Virus record (IMG/VR): IMGVR_UViG_3300049180_000025
Location: 1 to 41,804 of that record
From: a virus
Taxonomy: Duplodnaviria > Caudoviricetes
Direction: 5' to 3' (one strand)
Length of the DNA stretch: 41,804 nucleotides
Shown: in pieces, positions 1 through 9,849 of the stretch
Layout: each line of letters opens with the position of its first letter
How positions within the stretch are numbered: the first letter of the stretch is position 1
Position numbers and translations under genes: made by a program
The notes under the pieces: generated by a model
The model's database searches: none
What the model was told of the DNA's origin: nothing
What the model saw: only the letters and a program-made list of their open reading frames with translations

Positions 1-127
1 GTTCGCAGGCGCGGCCAAGGCGCAGCGTGACGCATCCCCCGGACAGGACACGATCGACGCCTGGCGCGAGTTTCAGGAAACGATCGGCGCGCTCGCGCTC
101 AAGGTTCTGCCTCCCCTCACGAATATG
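1..127. repeat. Terminal direct repeat (identical to 41678-41804); circular assembly overlap
   Basis: 127 bp exact match read at both ends; it lies inside a CDS; 127 is a common assembler k-mer. Confidence 0.95.
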
Positions 128-1141
128 CTGACGAGCGTCCTCAATGCCTTCAACACCATGTCCCCCTCGATGCAGGCGGTCGTTGTAGGCGTGGCGGCGG
201 TCGCCGCTGGTCTCGGCCCCCTCACCCTGGGATTGGGAGCTATCGTCTCCGGAGTCGGGCTTGTGCTGCCTGCCTTCGCGGGTCTGGTGGCGTTCTTCAG
301 CGCGTCGCTTATCCCGGCTTTGGCGGCAGTTGGCAGCTCTCTTATGTGGCTGGTCGCGGCTGGCGGCCCTTTGCTTCTCATTCCCGTGGCGGTCGCAGCG
401 GTTGTTGCAGCGTGGAAGAATTGGGACACGATCGGGCCTATACTTGAGCGGCTTTATACCGCCGTGAAGAAGTGGATCGTGGATAAGCTCGGCGCGCTTT
501 GGGATGGCGTGATCTCCAAGCTCAAGATCGTCGGGGACAGCTTCTACACGCTCTATGACCGGGTTGTGGGGCATAGCTACGTCCCGGACATGGTTTCTGA
601 AATCGCGGCCGAACTCGCAAAGCTGGACGGCGTGATGGTCGATCCGGCAATAGATGCGACACAGAAGACGGCTTCTGCCTTCGCCGACATGGCATCGAGC
701 GTGGTCAACAATTTCCAGTCGATGCTGAGCGCGCTCAAGCGTGGAGATATAGGCGGGATTGCCAGCGGGCTGAGCGGTATAATCGGCACGGTCGGCGGAT
801 TGTTCGGTGGCGGCGGCCAGACGGCGGCGCAACTTGGCATCAATGATTATGGTCGCACCGGCCTTCCGGGCTTCGCAACCGGTGGTTCGTTCAAGGTCGG
901 CGGTCGCGGCGGCATCGATCAGAACCTTGTCCAGTTCCGCGCTACCAAGGGCGAGATGGTCAACATCACCAAGGGCGAGAATGACAATCGCCGCGCACTC
1001 TCCGTCCACGTCACTCCCTCCCCCTACTTCAACGTCGCCGTGCAGGAAGTGGCCGCGCCGCTTGTGCAGCAAGGCATGGTCGGCGCGGTGGGCATGGGTG
1101 AGGCGCGGCAGGCACAGCGGGCAAGGCGGCGGCTCGGATGA
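1..1141 (+). CDS. Tail tape measure protein, C-terminal part (continues from 41043 across the circular junction; ~591 aa total)
   Basis: Frame of 41043 ATG continues in frame into ORF 125..1141; Ala/Gly-rich, hydrophobic stretch, VGHSYVPDMV and FATGGSF motifs typical of TMP C-termini. Confidence 0.9.
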   Translation, partial: FAGAAKAQRDASPGQDTIDAWREFQETIGALALKVLPPLTNMLTSVLNAFNTMSPSMQAVVVGVAAVAAGLGPLTLGLGAIVSGVGLVLPAFAGLVAFFSASLIPALAAVGSSLMWLVAAGGPLLLIPVAVAAVVAAWKNWDTIGPILERLYTAVKKWIVDKLGALWDGVISKLKIVGDSFYTLYDRVVGHSYVPDMVSEIAAELAKLDGVMVDPAIDATQKTASAFADMASSVVNNFQSMLSALKRGDIGGIASGLSGIIGTVGGLFGGGGQTAAQLGINDYGRTGLPGFATGGSFKVGGRGGIDQNLVQFRATKGEMVNITKGENDNRRALSVHVTPSPYFNVAVQEVAAPLVQQGMVGAVGMGEARQAQRARRRLG

Positions 1142-1731
1142 CGATTGATCTGACGAGCCTTTCCGCACAGGTCGCAACGCCGCGCCTGCTCGATTGGGGA
1201 TCTGAGCTTGTGCCATCGCTCGGCGGTGTGACGCAGCGGCTTAACCGCCTCGGCAGCCGCCACGCGATCGATGTTGCGCTTCCGCCTATGCGGATCGAGC
1301 CAGATGGGCGTTTGTGGATCTCACGCCTGAAGCGGGGCAAGACGGAGGGGGTTCAGTTCGCATTTCCCCAGGTCGAATTTGATGTGTCATCGCCCGGCAC
1401 TCCGCTGGTCAAGACTGCGGTATCGGGCGGCACGTCGGTGGCACTGAAGGGTCTCACGCCACGCTACGCTATCAAGGAAGGCCAGTGGTTTTCCGTCATT
1501 CATAGCGGGCGCAGCTACCTCCATTCGGTCGATACGCAGGTGATCGCGGATGCGAGCGGGGACGCGACGGTGACGATTACTCCGATGCTGCGGACCGCGC
1601 TTTCGGTGGACGATGTGGTGAACCTCGGCAAGCCGATCATCGAAGGCTCGCTGTCTGGTGATGAAGTGGCGTGGACGCTGGAGATGGCGCGCACGGTTGG
1701 GCTGCAGTTCACAATTTCTGAGATCGCATGA
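1138..1731 (+). CDS. Putative distal tail protein
   Basis: Directly after TMP with ATGA overlap; size and synteny. Confidence 0.6.
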   Translation: MTIDLTSLSAQVATPRLLDWGSELVPSLGGVTQRLNRLGSRHAIDVALPPMRIEPDGRLWISRLKRGKTEGVQFAFPQVEFDVSSPGTPLVKTAVSGGTSVALKGLTPRYAIKEGQWFSVIHSGRSYLHSVDTQVIADASGDATVTITPMLRTALSVDDVVNLGKPIIEGSLSGDEVAWTLEMARTVGLQFTISEIA

Positions 1732-2384
1732 CCGCTCTAACCCCGCAGCTCGACGCTGCCCTCTCCGCAGATCGCCCCCTGATCTACGGCGCGGTGGAGA
1801 TCAATCTTCCGGGCTATGATCTGCGGCTGCTCGATGGCTCGGGACGGATCGCGCACGGGTCGGATATCTTCACGGGCGAGGACGCCACGTTCGGCGTTCT
1901 GGCGGCAATCGACGAGATTTCGGACGGCATGGGCGACGAAGCCCCGGCTATCAACATTACGTTGCAACCCGCAACCGATGCTGCGGCGGCGGACCTTTCA
2001 GACCCTGCAATGCAGGGATCGCGGGTCAGGCTTTGGCTTGGGGCGGTCACGTGCACGACGGGCGCGGCGATCGTTGATCCGTTCCTGTTGTTCGATGGTG
2101 AACTGGACGTTCCGACGCTCAAGGTCGGGCTACGCAGCCGGTCGCTCGAATATGAATGCGTCTCTGGCTTCGAGCGCTTCTTCGGTGACGATGAGGGGAT
2201 GCGGTTGAGCGACAGCTTCCACAAGTCGATCTGGGCGACAGAAACCGGTCTGGCGAATATGTCGGGGATTATCAAGACATCGTACTGGGGTGCGGAAACG
2301 CCTCCTAACAGCGTGTCGTTCATCGATCAGCGAACGGCTGCGGTGCAGGACATCGCCGCAAAGATCAAGGCGGGGCTGGCGTGA
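1728..2384 (+). CDS. Putative tail hub/minor tail protein
   Basis: ATGA-coupled; synteny in tail tip module. Confidence 0.55.
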   Translation: MTALTPQLDAALSADRPLIYGAVEINLPGYDLRLLDGSGRIAHGSDIFTGEDATFGVLAAIDEISDGMGDEAPAINITLQPATDAAAADLSDPAMQGSRVRLWLGAVTCTTGAAIVDPFLLFDGELDVPTLKVGLRSRSLEYECVSGFERFFGDDEGMRLSDSFHKSIWATETGLANMSGIIKTSYWGAETPPNSVSFIDQRTAAVQDIAAKIKAGLA

Positions 2385-2800
2385 CGGAGATGGTGCGCCG
2401 GGTAGCGGCGGCACAGGCGACGCTCGACAAGTTCAAAGGGCGGCCGTTTCATTTTGGCTCGATGGATTGCGCGCAGCTTGTTGCTTTCCACCTGAAGAAG
2501 ATGGGGCACAAGCCAAAGCTGGCGAAGGCGGGTCGCTATTCGTCGGCGCTGGGGGCGAAGAAGGCACTCAAGCGGCTGGGCTATGACACGCTGGCCGAAG
2601 CGATGGATGGCAATGGGTTCGAGCGCATCCCGCCCGCTGCGGCGGTGGTGGGCGACGTGATCGAGATGCCGGGACTGGAAGGGCCGGGGGCGCTCGCGGT
2701 GGCGCTCGGCAATGGTCGCGCCGTGGCCTATCACGAAGACGCGATCGGCGCGGTGGTGGTGCAACCCTCGCAGATGCTTGCGGCCTGGCGCGTCACATGA
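2381..2800 (+). CDS. NlpC/P60-like tail-associated protein (DUF6950-like)
   Basis: F.FG..DC motif, GDV motif; position before tail tip gene. Confidence 0.6.
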   Translation: MTEMVRRVAAAQATLDKFKGRPFHFGSMDCAQLVAFHLKKMGHKPKLAKAGRYSSALGAKKALKRLGYDTLAEAMDGNGFERIPPAAAVVGDVIEMPGLEGPGALAVALGNGRAVAYHEDAIGAVVVQPSQMLAAWRVT

Positions 2801-4695
2801 AGATCATTCGAACGGCTGCGACCATTATCGGAGCAATCGCTACTGTCGTCGCCGTTGCCGGGACACTGACCGGTAATCCGCTGCTGGCGGCCACGGCGGC
2901 AACAGTGGCGAAGGTGGCTGCGGTCGTTGCAACAGCGGCCACAATCGCGGCCGGAAAGCCCAAGCCAAGCGTCTCTGGCAGTCCAACATCGTTCAAAATC
3001 GACCTGCAAGCCCCGATACCCTACATGATCGGCCGCACCCTGAACGCGGGCTATATCGTTCACCGGGGCTCCTACGGGGCCAAGCAAAAATACCAATCGT
3101 TCGTGGCGGTCATCTCCGGCGCGGGGCCAATCGACGCGATCGAGGCATTCCAGGTTGACCGCACCACGATCACCTTTTCCGCAGGGGCGGCGACGGGCTT
3201 CTATGCGGACTGGATGTGGCTCGATACGCAGCTTGGAGCCGCGCCCGAAGCGGACGCGCTGGCATCGCCCTTCGCCGGGTTCGCGAGTTGGGATGCCTCA
3301 TCGAAGCTGTCTGGATACGCGGCGTATCTCTGGACTCTGAAGTTCGACAAGAAGGGCAAGAAATACAGCAGCGGCGTCCCGCAGCCGGGCGTGATCGCGC
3401 GCGGCGTCAAGGTTTATGATCCGCGCCTTGATAGCACCTATCCCGGCGGCTCCGGCGCGCATCGCTCGGACGATGAAGCAACGTGGGCGTATTCGGCAAA
3501 TCCTTGGCTGCACGCGCTGGCCTGGACGATTGGACGCCACCACAATGGCAAGCGCGTCGCGGGTGCAGGCGTACCGATTGACGCAATCGACGTAGCTGCT
3601 TTTGTCGAGGCGGCTAACGTCGCGGATACGAATAGCTGGGTTGCGGGCGGGGTGGTCGATACGTCGCCTGGGCAGAAGTGGAATAACCTTAAGCTGATGG
3701 CGCAGGCTGGAGGCGGCGAGCCTGTCCGCATCGGGGCGCTGGTCTCCTGCACCGTCAACGCGCCGAAGGTCTCGCTCGATACGATCACCTATTCGGACAT
3801 CGTGGGAGAGGCGACGGTCCCGGCGACGCAGAGCCGCCGCGATCGAATCAATGGCATCGTGCCGAAATACAGGTCGGAGGATCATGGCTGGGAGGTTGTC
3901 CCGGCGGACGTGGTGAGTGTCTCCAGCTATGTGACGGAGGACGGAGGGGAGCGGACGCGCGAGATCGACTACCCGCTCGTGCAGGATGTGGATCAGGCGG
4001 CGCAGCTCGCGGCCTATGACATCGTGAACGCGCGCGAGTTCGGTCCGATCACGTTGCCGCTCAAGATCCGGTGGATCGGGTACAAGCCCGGCGATTGCCT
4101 CACGATCAACGTGCCGGAACTGAATCTCGTCAATCAGACCGCGATCGTGATCGGGCGAACGCTCGATCCTAGTTCGGGCGTGGTGACGTTGACGCTGAAG
4201 TCCGAGACGGCGGCGAAGCACGCTTTCGCTCTCGGGCAGACGGGAACAGCGCCGCCGACGCCCGACCTTTCGACGCCGGACCTTTCGGATGTGGATGCGC
4301 CAGATGTGAGCGAATGGAGCCTGTCGGGTACAGTGCTGAACGGTAGCGGGTTGTCGCTGCCAGCGCTTGTGTTCGAGGGGGCGGTTGACGATCCGAATGC
4401 CGAAGCGGTGCTGTTCGAATATTATCAGGGGACGGCAGCCCCGGTCGATCCGGCGGATTGGGTTTCGGCGGATATGTCAGGGCCAGATGTTACCCGGCGT
4501 GAAGTGTCTACCATCCTTGGTGGCTCGCCTTACGTCGGGGCTGTTTCTTACCAGGTGCGCGGCGTGATCGGTGATCGGCTTGTTCTTGGCCCTGTTACGA
4601 CCGGCGCGGGCTCTACCGGCGGCGGGCGCGTCCTTCTCGAATCCGGCGATCGCATCCTGCTCGAAACCGGCGATCAAAGACTATTGGAGGCATAA
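2797..4695 (+). CDS. Tail tip/host-specificity protein (gpJ-like)
   Basis: GVKVYDPR, WAYSANP motifs; 632 aa; C-terminal LLE repeats. Confidence 0.8.
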   Translation: MKIIRTAATIIGAIATVVAVAGTLTGNPLLAATAATVAKVAAVVATAATIAAGKPKPSVSGSPTSFKIDLQAPIPYMIGRTLNAGYIVHRGSYGAKQKYQSFVAVISGAGPIDAIEAFQVDRTTITFSAGAATGFYADWMWLDTQLGAAPEADALASPFAGFASWDASSKLSGYAAYLWTLKFDKKGKKYSSGVPQPGVIARGVKVYDPRLDSTYPGGSGAHRSDDEATWAYSANPWLHALAWTIGRHHNGKRVAGAGVPIDAIDVAAFVEAANVADTNSWVAGGVVDTSPGQKWNNLKLMAQAGGGEPVRIGALVSCTVNAPKVSLDTITYSDIVGEATVPATQSRRDRINGIVPKYRSEDHGWEVVPADVVSVSSYVTEDGGERTREIDYPLVQDVDQAAQLAAYDIVNAREFGPITLPLKIRWIGYKPGDCLTINVPELNLVNQTAIVIGRTLDPSSGVVTLTLKSETAAKHAFALGQTGTAPPTPDLSTPDLSDVDAPDVSEWSLSGTVLNGSGLSLPALVFEGAVDDPNAEAVLFEYYQGTAAPVDPADWVSADMSGPDVTRREVSTILGGSPYVGAVSYQVRGVIGDRLVLGPVTTGAGSTGGGRVLLESGDRILLETGDQRLLEA

Positions 4696-5477
4696 TGGCG
4701 GACAGCAAAGCGTCTGCGCTCACGGCTGCATCGGCCCTGAGCGGGGCGGAGCTATGGGCGGGCGTTCAGGGCGGGGCTGATCGCAAGATCACGGCATCGC
4801 AAATCCTTACCTATCTAGGAGCATCGTTCCAACCGCTCGACAGTGATTTGACGGCAATCGCCGCGCTGACAACGACCAGCTACGGCCGGGCACTTCTCGC
4901 CTTGGCGGACGCTGCGGCGCTCCGCACGGCGGCCGGGTTGGTTATCGGTACTGACGTGCAGGCATATGACGCGGAACTTGCGGCGATCGCCGGCCTCACT
5001 AGTGCCGCAAATAAACTGCCATACTTCACCGGCTCGGGAACGGCTGCGCTCGCTGATCTCACGGCGGCGGGGCGGGCCATTCTCGACGATGCTGATGCGG
5101 CAGCACAGCGGACGACGCTCGGGTTCGTGTCCGGGACCTACACGCCGACACTGACCGATGTCGCGAACATCGCGGCCCACACGGTCTATGATTGCCAGTA
5201 TTTCGGCGGCGGCGGAGTAGTCACCGTCTCAGGGCGGTGCGCAATCGACGTGACTTCGGCCGCCGCTAATACCGTGCTGGGCATAAGCCTTCCGATTGCT
5301 TCCAATTTCAGCGCGGCAGAACAGTGCGCGGGAACTGCGAACGCGAATGGCGCTGTTAGCATGAGCGCGGGCATATTGGGCGACACGACCAACGATCGCG
5401 CGCAGATACAGTATATTGCAACAAGCAATACAGGAAACAACGACTTCTATTTCACCTTTACTTATCGTGTGATCTAG
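4695..5477 (+). CDS. Tail fibre protein
   Basis: Repeats QPLDSDLTAIAAL / QAYDAELAAIAGL and KLPYFTG typical of phage fibres. Confidence 0.7.
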   Translation: MADSKASALTAASALSGAELWAGVQGGADRKITASQILTYLGASFQPLDSDLTAIAALTTTSYGRALLALADAAALRTAAGLVIGTDVQAYDAELAAIAGLTSAANKLPYFTGSGTAALADLTAAGRAILDDADAAAQRTTLGFVSGTYTPTLTDVANIAAHTVYDCQYFGGGGVVTVSGRCAIDVTSAAANTVLGISLPIASNFSAAEQCAGTANANGAVSMSAGILGDTTNDRAQIQYIATSNTGNNDFYFTFTYRVI

Positions 5478-5491
5478 CCCGGAGCAAAAAT

Positions 5492-5875
5492 ATGACACCA
5501 GCAGTTCGGGAGCTTCGGGCGGCGCGCAATGTGCCGTTCGGGGAAACCCTTTCCTTTACCTTCGAAGATGAGCCGTTCGACTTCTCCGGCTATACGGGCA
5601 CGATGCAGGTCCGCCTGTATGAAGGCGCTGCCGGTGCGGCGCTGGTCGATCTGGCGAACGTCACGACCGATGTGGAGGGCGTCCGCATCCTCTCCGGCGG
5701 CATGGTCCAGATACGCATTGATGAAGCGACGCTGGCGGCAATCGCGGGGCAGAACACGCCCGAAGCGGGAGACGCGCAGACCTATGCTTATGATCTGGTT
5801 CTGACTGATGGCGCAGGCTTCGCGCAGCGATGGGTGAAAGGCGCGTTCGTGCTTGAGGCTGGCGTCACAGATTAG
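5492..5875 (+). CDS. Putative baseplate adaptor (BppU/DUF7264-like)
   Basis: DFSGYT..MQVR and YDLVLTD...W..G.F motifs; tail module position. Confidence 0.55.
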   Translation: MTPAVRELRAARNVPFGETLSFTFEDEPFDFSGYTGTMQVRLYEGAAGAALVDLANVTTDVEGVRILSGGMVQIRIDEATLAAIAGQNTPEAGDAQTYAYDLVLTDGAGFAQRWVKGAFVLEAGVTD

Positions 5876-5905
5876 CACTTCAACTCACTGAATTACCACA
5901 ACAAC

Positions 5906-5931
5906 GGGCGTCCTGCGGGGCGCCTTTTTTT
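5906..5931 (+). terminator. Intrinsic terminator
   Basis: gggcgtcc-tgcg-gggcgcc stem followed by T7. Confidence 0.75.
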
Positions 5932-5948
5932 ATATGCCGGGGTGACAA

Positions 5949-8525
5949 ATGGTTGATGTTGTGAAGCTGGATCAAGCCGGTCTCCGGGGCGCTGGCGCGT
6001 ATGAGTATTGGATCGCCGAGGGCAATGTCGGCACGGTTCAACAATATCTTGATGCGCAGGAAGCGGCGGCGGCCGCGCAGGTCGCGCTTGCAGTGACGGC
6101 GAAGGAGGGGGCTGAGGCGGCATCCGCTGCCGCTCAAAGCGCCGTCTTCGGCCTCTCCTATTCCTCCGTCCGCTGCCCGCCTGAAAACGGCGAGCTTTCC
6201 ACCAGCGGCGAGAATGGCGGGCTCTACCTGCCGAACTCGTCCAACCTGTTCAAAACGACGGTTGCCAACGACACGCCGTTTTTCAATGCCGACGGCGCGT
6301 TCGCGGTGATCTGCACGGTTCCTGTCGAGCAATATGATCAACTCAAACGGCTGCCGTACATCGTCGCCACCACGGACAGCACGACATCTTCGCGCGCAAT
6401 CCAGATCGGCTACATCCCGCGCGGCTATTCGGATGGGGGGGTGGCGAACGCCAATCAGGGCAAGTTCACCTTCAGCGCGCGCGGTGAAACCGCCAATGGT
6501 ACGGCAAGTGCCGTGTCCGCCGCGATGCCGAGCAATTTTTCCGGGCGCGCGCTGGTCGTCATCCGCCGCATCACGAACGACATCATCGTCGATGTCTGGG
6601 ATCTCGACACTGGCGTAAAAACCGCCGGCACGCTGACGGCGCTGCCCGGATCATGGGCGGGGGTCGATCGCTTCACGAACAACCTGTCGCTCGGCATCGT
6701 CAACGAGGCGCTGTTCCCGCAGCAATTCGCGGTGCAGAGCATCAACTACTGGCGCGGCGAGATCGGCGATTTCGTCATGGCCGATGGGGCGACAACCGAT
6801 ACGCAGTGGGGCAACATCGCAGGCGGTGCCGTCATTGCTACCGAACTCGGCGCGGGTAATCTCCGCCTGCATTGTCCGCTCGTCTCCGGCGGCGCGATCT
6901 CCTACGCGGTCACGTCGAACAAGGCGGCGGTCGTCGATACGCTGGCGCTACGGGGAAAACTCTATCCCGGCTCGACAATCCGCAAGCAGGCGGCAGCGAC
7001 CTATCTGACGATCGACCGGCTGACCGATCCGGCACCTGTGTCCGTGCTCTACACCGCGAACGGTGCGGAACTGAAATTAACCGGCAAGTTTGCGGGCGTG
7101 ACGGGACGGCTTCAGGCGCGGGCACTGGACGCAACCGGGCGGGTCGTGGTCGACTGGGTGGACATCGGCCCCGTCCCCGGCTCCGGCACGACGTGGGAGG
7201 AATGGATTGACCTGCCGCTCTGGGTGGAGGCGCTGCATATCGAGGTGCGGGCCACGTCTGCTCCCACCACGGTCGCGCGCGTCAATACGGACGTTTTCGT
7301 CGGCTACAGCATCGGCGAAATCGGGCAGAGCCAGATTGTCTTCGGGCTGACGGGAGGCACCGCCCCCCAGCTTCCAGCAGCAACCGGCCTGAGCAAGACC
7401 TATGACGGCGGCGCTGCGAAGAACGCCTTCCTGATCATGAAGGCGCGCATTGCCGGCGCGATCGACAATGCGGTGATAACCCGCAGCCGCTTCCAACCCG
7501 GCCTCGCGGGGGATGGCTTTGTCGAGCAGATTAACTATCTGCGCCGCTACACCAAATATCCGATCTTCATTTATAACTTTGGCGTGACGGGCACGTCCTG
7601 TCGCGACCTGATGGATGATGCGCTGTCAAGCCGCACGTGGGAGGATCTGGAAGAGATCGCGGCGATGGGGGCAAACCGCGACAGGGACGGGCGCTATATC
7701 GTCACGGGCTTTGTCCAAAACTGGGCAAGCTCCGATCCGATCACTGCCTATGGCGCACAAATCCTGAAACCGTGGCTCTGGGGTATTCAGTCCGACACGC
7801 AGAGCGGAACCTTTATCGCACAGGCCGACATCGATCACTTCCTTTATGATGGGGTGACGTTCAACCCGTCCGCTCGCTTCTGCATGATCCCGTTCAACCG
7901 CTCAACGGGTTCGACAACGCAGCTCGGCGACGGCGAAACGCAGGCGGACATCCGCAAGAACCAGCGGGAAAGCGCGGAGACCTTCGGCATTCTGCTAGGC
8001 CCGGAAATCACGGTGCACGAGCTTGAAGGCGGCACTCTCAATCGCACCCATCCGTCACCGACCAGCGAGAATGGCGTTCCGGTCTACGCCCGCGTCCTGG
8101 CGGAAGGCGGGGCTCTCGCGATCGGGCTCGGCACTTACCGGGGGGCGGCATCGATCGACGCGGCGACGGGCGCATCCTTCACCGATGGGACACGCAACGT
8201 CATCTCGGTTCCGATCACTGGCCCGACTGGGGGGAGCCTGCACCCGTTCACGGTGGGCACAACGGCGATCAGCGGGTTCGAGGTTCAGGACGGCGGAGCG
8301 GGTTCGTGGACATATGCCGGCTTTACCGGGGCGATCTACACGCCGCGCGTCATTCGGCTGACCAAGGACAGCGGCTCATGGCTGGCGGGAACGAAGATCC
8401 GGTTCCACTCGGGTGGGCCGGGTGGATACGGCAATTGGGATGATGACGCCTGGATAGCCGGCGCCCCCATGTGGGACGGCTGGGAGGTTCAGGGCGACAA
8501 CACGACCTACACGGTGTCCGGCTGA
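5949..8525 (+). CDS. Tailspike/receptor-binding protein with LamG-like region and SASA/SGNH-type carbohydrate esterase domain
   Basis: N-terminal GLRGAGAYEYWIAEGNVG anchor motif; IGQSQ, GVTGTS, NWASSD, THP blocks resemble sialate O-acetylesterase motifs. Confidence 0.65.
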   Translation: MVDVVKLDQAGLRGAGAYEYWIAEGNVGTVQQYLDAQEAAAAAQVALAVTAKEGAEAASAAAQSAVFGLSYSSVRCPPENGELSTSGENGGLYLPNSSNLFKTTVANDTPFFNADGAFAVICTVPVEQYDQLKRLPYIVATTDSTTSSRAIQIGYIPRGYSDGGVANANQGKFTFSARGETANGTASAVSAAMPSNFSGRALVVIRRITNDIIVDVWDLDTGVKTAGTLTALPGSWAGVDRFTNNLSLGIVNEALFPQQFAVQSINYWRGEIGDFVMADGATTDTQWGNIAGGAVIATELGAGNLRLHCPLVSGGAISYAVTSNKAAVVDTLALRGKLYPGSTIRKQAAATYLTIDRLTDPAPVSVLYTANGAELKLTGKFAGVTGRLQARALDATGRVVVDWVDIGPVPGSGTTWEEWIDLPLWVEALHIEVRATSAPTTVARVNTDVFVGYSIGEIGQSQIVFGLTGGTAPQLPAATGLSKTYDGGAAKNAFLIMKARIAGAIDNAVITRSRFQPGLAGDGFVEQINYLRRYTKYPIFIYNFGVTGTSCRDLMDDALSSRTWEDLEEIAAMGANRDRDGRYIVTGFVQNWASSDPITAYGAQILKPWLWGIQSDTQSGTFIAQADIDHFLYDGVTFNPSARFCMIPFNRSTGSTTQLGDGETQADIRKNQRESAETFGILLGPEITVHELEGGTLNRTHPSPTSENGVPVYARVLAEGGALAIGLGTYRGAASIDAATGASFTDGTRNVISVPITGPTGGSLHPFTVGTTAISGFEVQDGGAGSWTYAGFTGAIYTPRVIRLTKDSGSWLAGTKIRFHSGGPGGYGNWDDDAWIAGAPMWDGWEVQGDNTTYTVSG

Positions 8526-8710
8526 TGGACGCGGCGATGCTCTCCACCCTGAGCGCATTCGGGACACCGGGACTGCTCGGCCTGCTGATCATCTGGGACC
8601 GGATGGATCGGCGCGCCCATGAAAAGGAGCGCTCGGAATCCGATAAGGCGCTGGCGTCGGCACTGACCGCGCTCACGGTGACGATCCAGCATCTTGAGCA
8701 ACGGCGATGA
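8525..8710 (+). CDS. Small membrane protein (holin/antiholin candidate), 61 aa
   Basis: TGATG-coupled start; one hydrophobic segment followed by charged helix; lysis module. Confidence 0.5.
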   Translation: MDAAMLSTLSAFGTPGLLGLLIIWDRMDRRAHEKERSESDKALASALTALTVTIQHLEQRR

Positions 8711-8913
8711 GCGGCCTGTCTCCGGTGCAGCAGGTACGGGCCGCGGCGCACGAGCTGGAGAATGTGTGCCGGGCGATCCTGTCTCCGCCGCCCTTGGCCC
8801 ACCCGCCAGTGGATACGCTCCCCGCAGACATGGTGGCGCTGCTCGATCGGCTTCGGGACGTGCCGGGAACCAACCGAGCTCCGCTCTACGCGACGGACGG
8901 GAGGGAGGTTTGA
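8707..8913 (+). CDS. Hypothetical protein
   Basis: ATGA-coupled ORF in lysis module. Confidence 0.45.
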   Translation: MSGLSPVQQVRAAAHELENVCRAILSPPPLAHPPVDTLPADMVALLDRLRDVPGTNRAPLYATDGREV

Positions 8914-8990
8914 GACGCCTCCTCATCTTCCTGATCGCCCTGCCGGTGGTGATCGTGGGGCTATGGCGCATGGTCGGAGAGATGAAGTGA
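8910..8990 (+). CDS. 26-aa single-TM peptide MRRLLIFLIALPVVIVGLWRMVGEMK
   Basis: TTG start after strong GGGAGG SD; overlaps neighbours by 4 nt on both sides. Confidence 0.5.
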   Translation: MRRLLIFLIALPVVIVGLWRMVGEMK

Positions 8991-9583
8991 TCGACTGGCG
9001 GCCGATCCAAAAGCGGCTAGGCGTCGCTCCTGATGGCGTTCCAGGCCCATATACCTATCAGGCCCTGCTTACCCACGTCGCGAACCGCCAGCTTTCCGAC
9101 AAGGGCATTCCGCTCGGCAGGGGATGCGCGAAGCATTTCGCAGCCTACGAGATCACGACGCCGCTGCGGATTGCCCATTTCGTCGCCCAGGCCAGCCATG
9201 AATCCGGCGGCTTCCGGTGGATGCAGGAAATATGGGGGCCGACCGCCGCCCAGCGCAAATATGAGGGGCGCGCCGATCTCGGCAACGTCTGTGTCGGCGA
9301 TGGCAAGAGGTACGCGGGCAGGGGCGTTTTCCAACTGACGGGCCGTTTAAATTATAGGACGGTTGGAGCTCGCCTCGGGCTGGATCTTGAGGGCGAACCG
9401 GAGCTTGCCGCCGACCCCGCGATCTCCGTTCTGATCGCCTGCGATTACTGGCGGTCCCGGAAGATCAACCCGCTTGCTGACGCCGACGACATTACGCGCG
9501 TCACCCGGAAAATAAATGGCGGCCTTAATGGCATCGAGGATCGGATGCTGCGCCTCGCAAGAGCAAAGGAGATATTGTTGTGA
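8987..9583 (+). CDS. Endolysin, GH19 family with N-terminal peptidoglycan-binding motif
   Basis: IQKRLGVAPDGVPGP; AHFVAQASHES; GRGVFQLTGR.NY; TRKINGG; GTG start at 8987 preferred over 8762. Confidence 0.9.
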   Translation: MIDWRPIQKRLGVAPDGVPGPYTYQALLTHVANRQLSDKGIPLGRGCAKHFAAYEITTPLRIAHFVAQASHESGGFRWMQEIWGPTAAQRKYEGRADLGNVCVGDGKRYAGRGVFQLTGRLNYRTVGARLGLDLEGEPELAADPAISVLIACDYWRSRKINPLADADDITRVTRKINGGLNGIEDRMLRLARAKEILL

Positions 9584-9849
9584 CCGACAATCGCGATACG
9601 CAACCGATGATCATTGATCCAAGCAGCGTGCCTGGGCAGGTGTTCGCGCTCGCGCGTTACATGCTGGCGTCATTCGGCTCGTTCGCGCTGGGCCGGGGAT
9701 GGATCGACGGCGACGCCCTCCAATTCCTGACCGGACTCCTGACGGTGGCTGCCCCGGCTGCTTATGGCGTCTGGAAGGCGTGGTCGAACAAGCGAAAGCT
9801 GGTGATCGTGGCCGAAGCAGCGCCCGATAGCGTGGCGCAGGTGAAGTGA
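9580..9849 (+). CDS. Putative holin
   Basis: Two hydrophobic segments with basic C-terminal part; between endolysin and spanin. Confidence 0.65.
   Translation: MTDNRDTQPMIIDPSSVPGQVFALARYMLASFGSFALGRGWIDGDALQFLTGLLTVAAPAAYGVWKAWSNKRKLVIVAEAAPDSVAQVK

Noticed and set aside
1-127. Biological terminal repeat
   Set aside because: The length equals a common assembler k-mer and it falls mid-TMP gene; the HNH-terS-terL layout suggests cos packaging instead
4625-4692. Short tandem repeat encoding LLESGD/LLETGD
   Set aside because: Common C-terminal protein motif in tail tip proteins, not a DNA-level element
8762-8986. N-terminal extension of the endolysin in the ORF track
   Set aside because: It overlaps two better-supported small ORFs; the GTG at 8987 has an SD and coupled overlap
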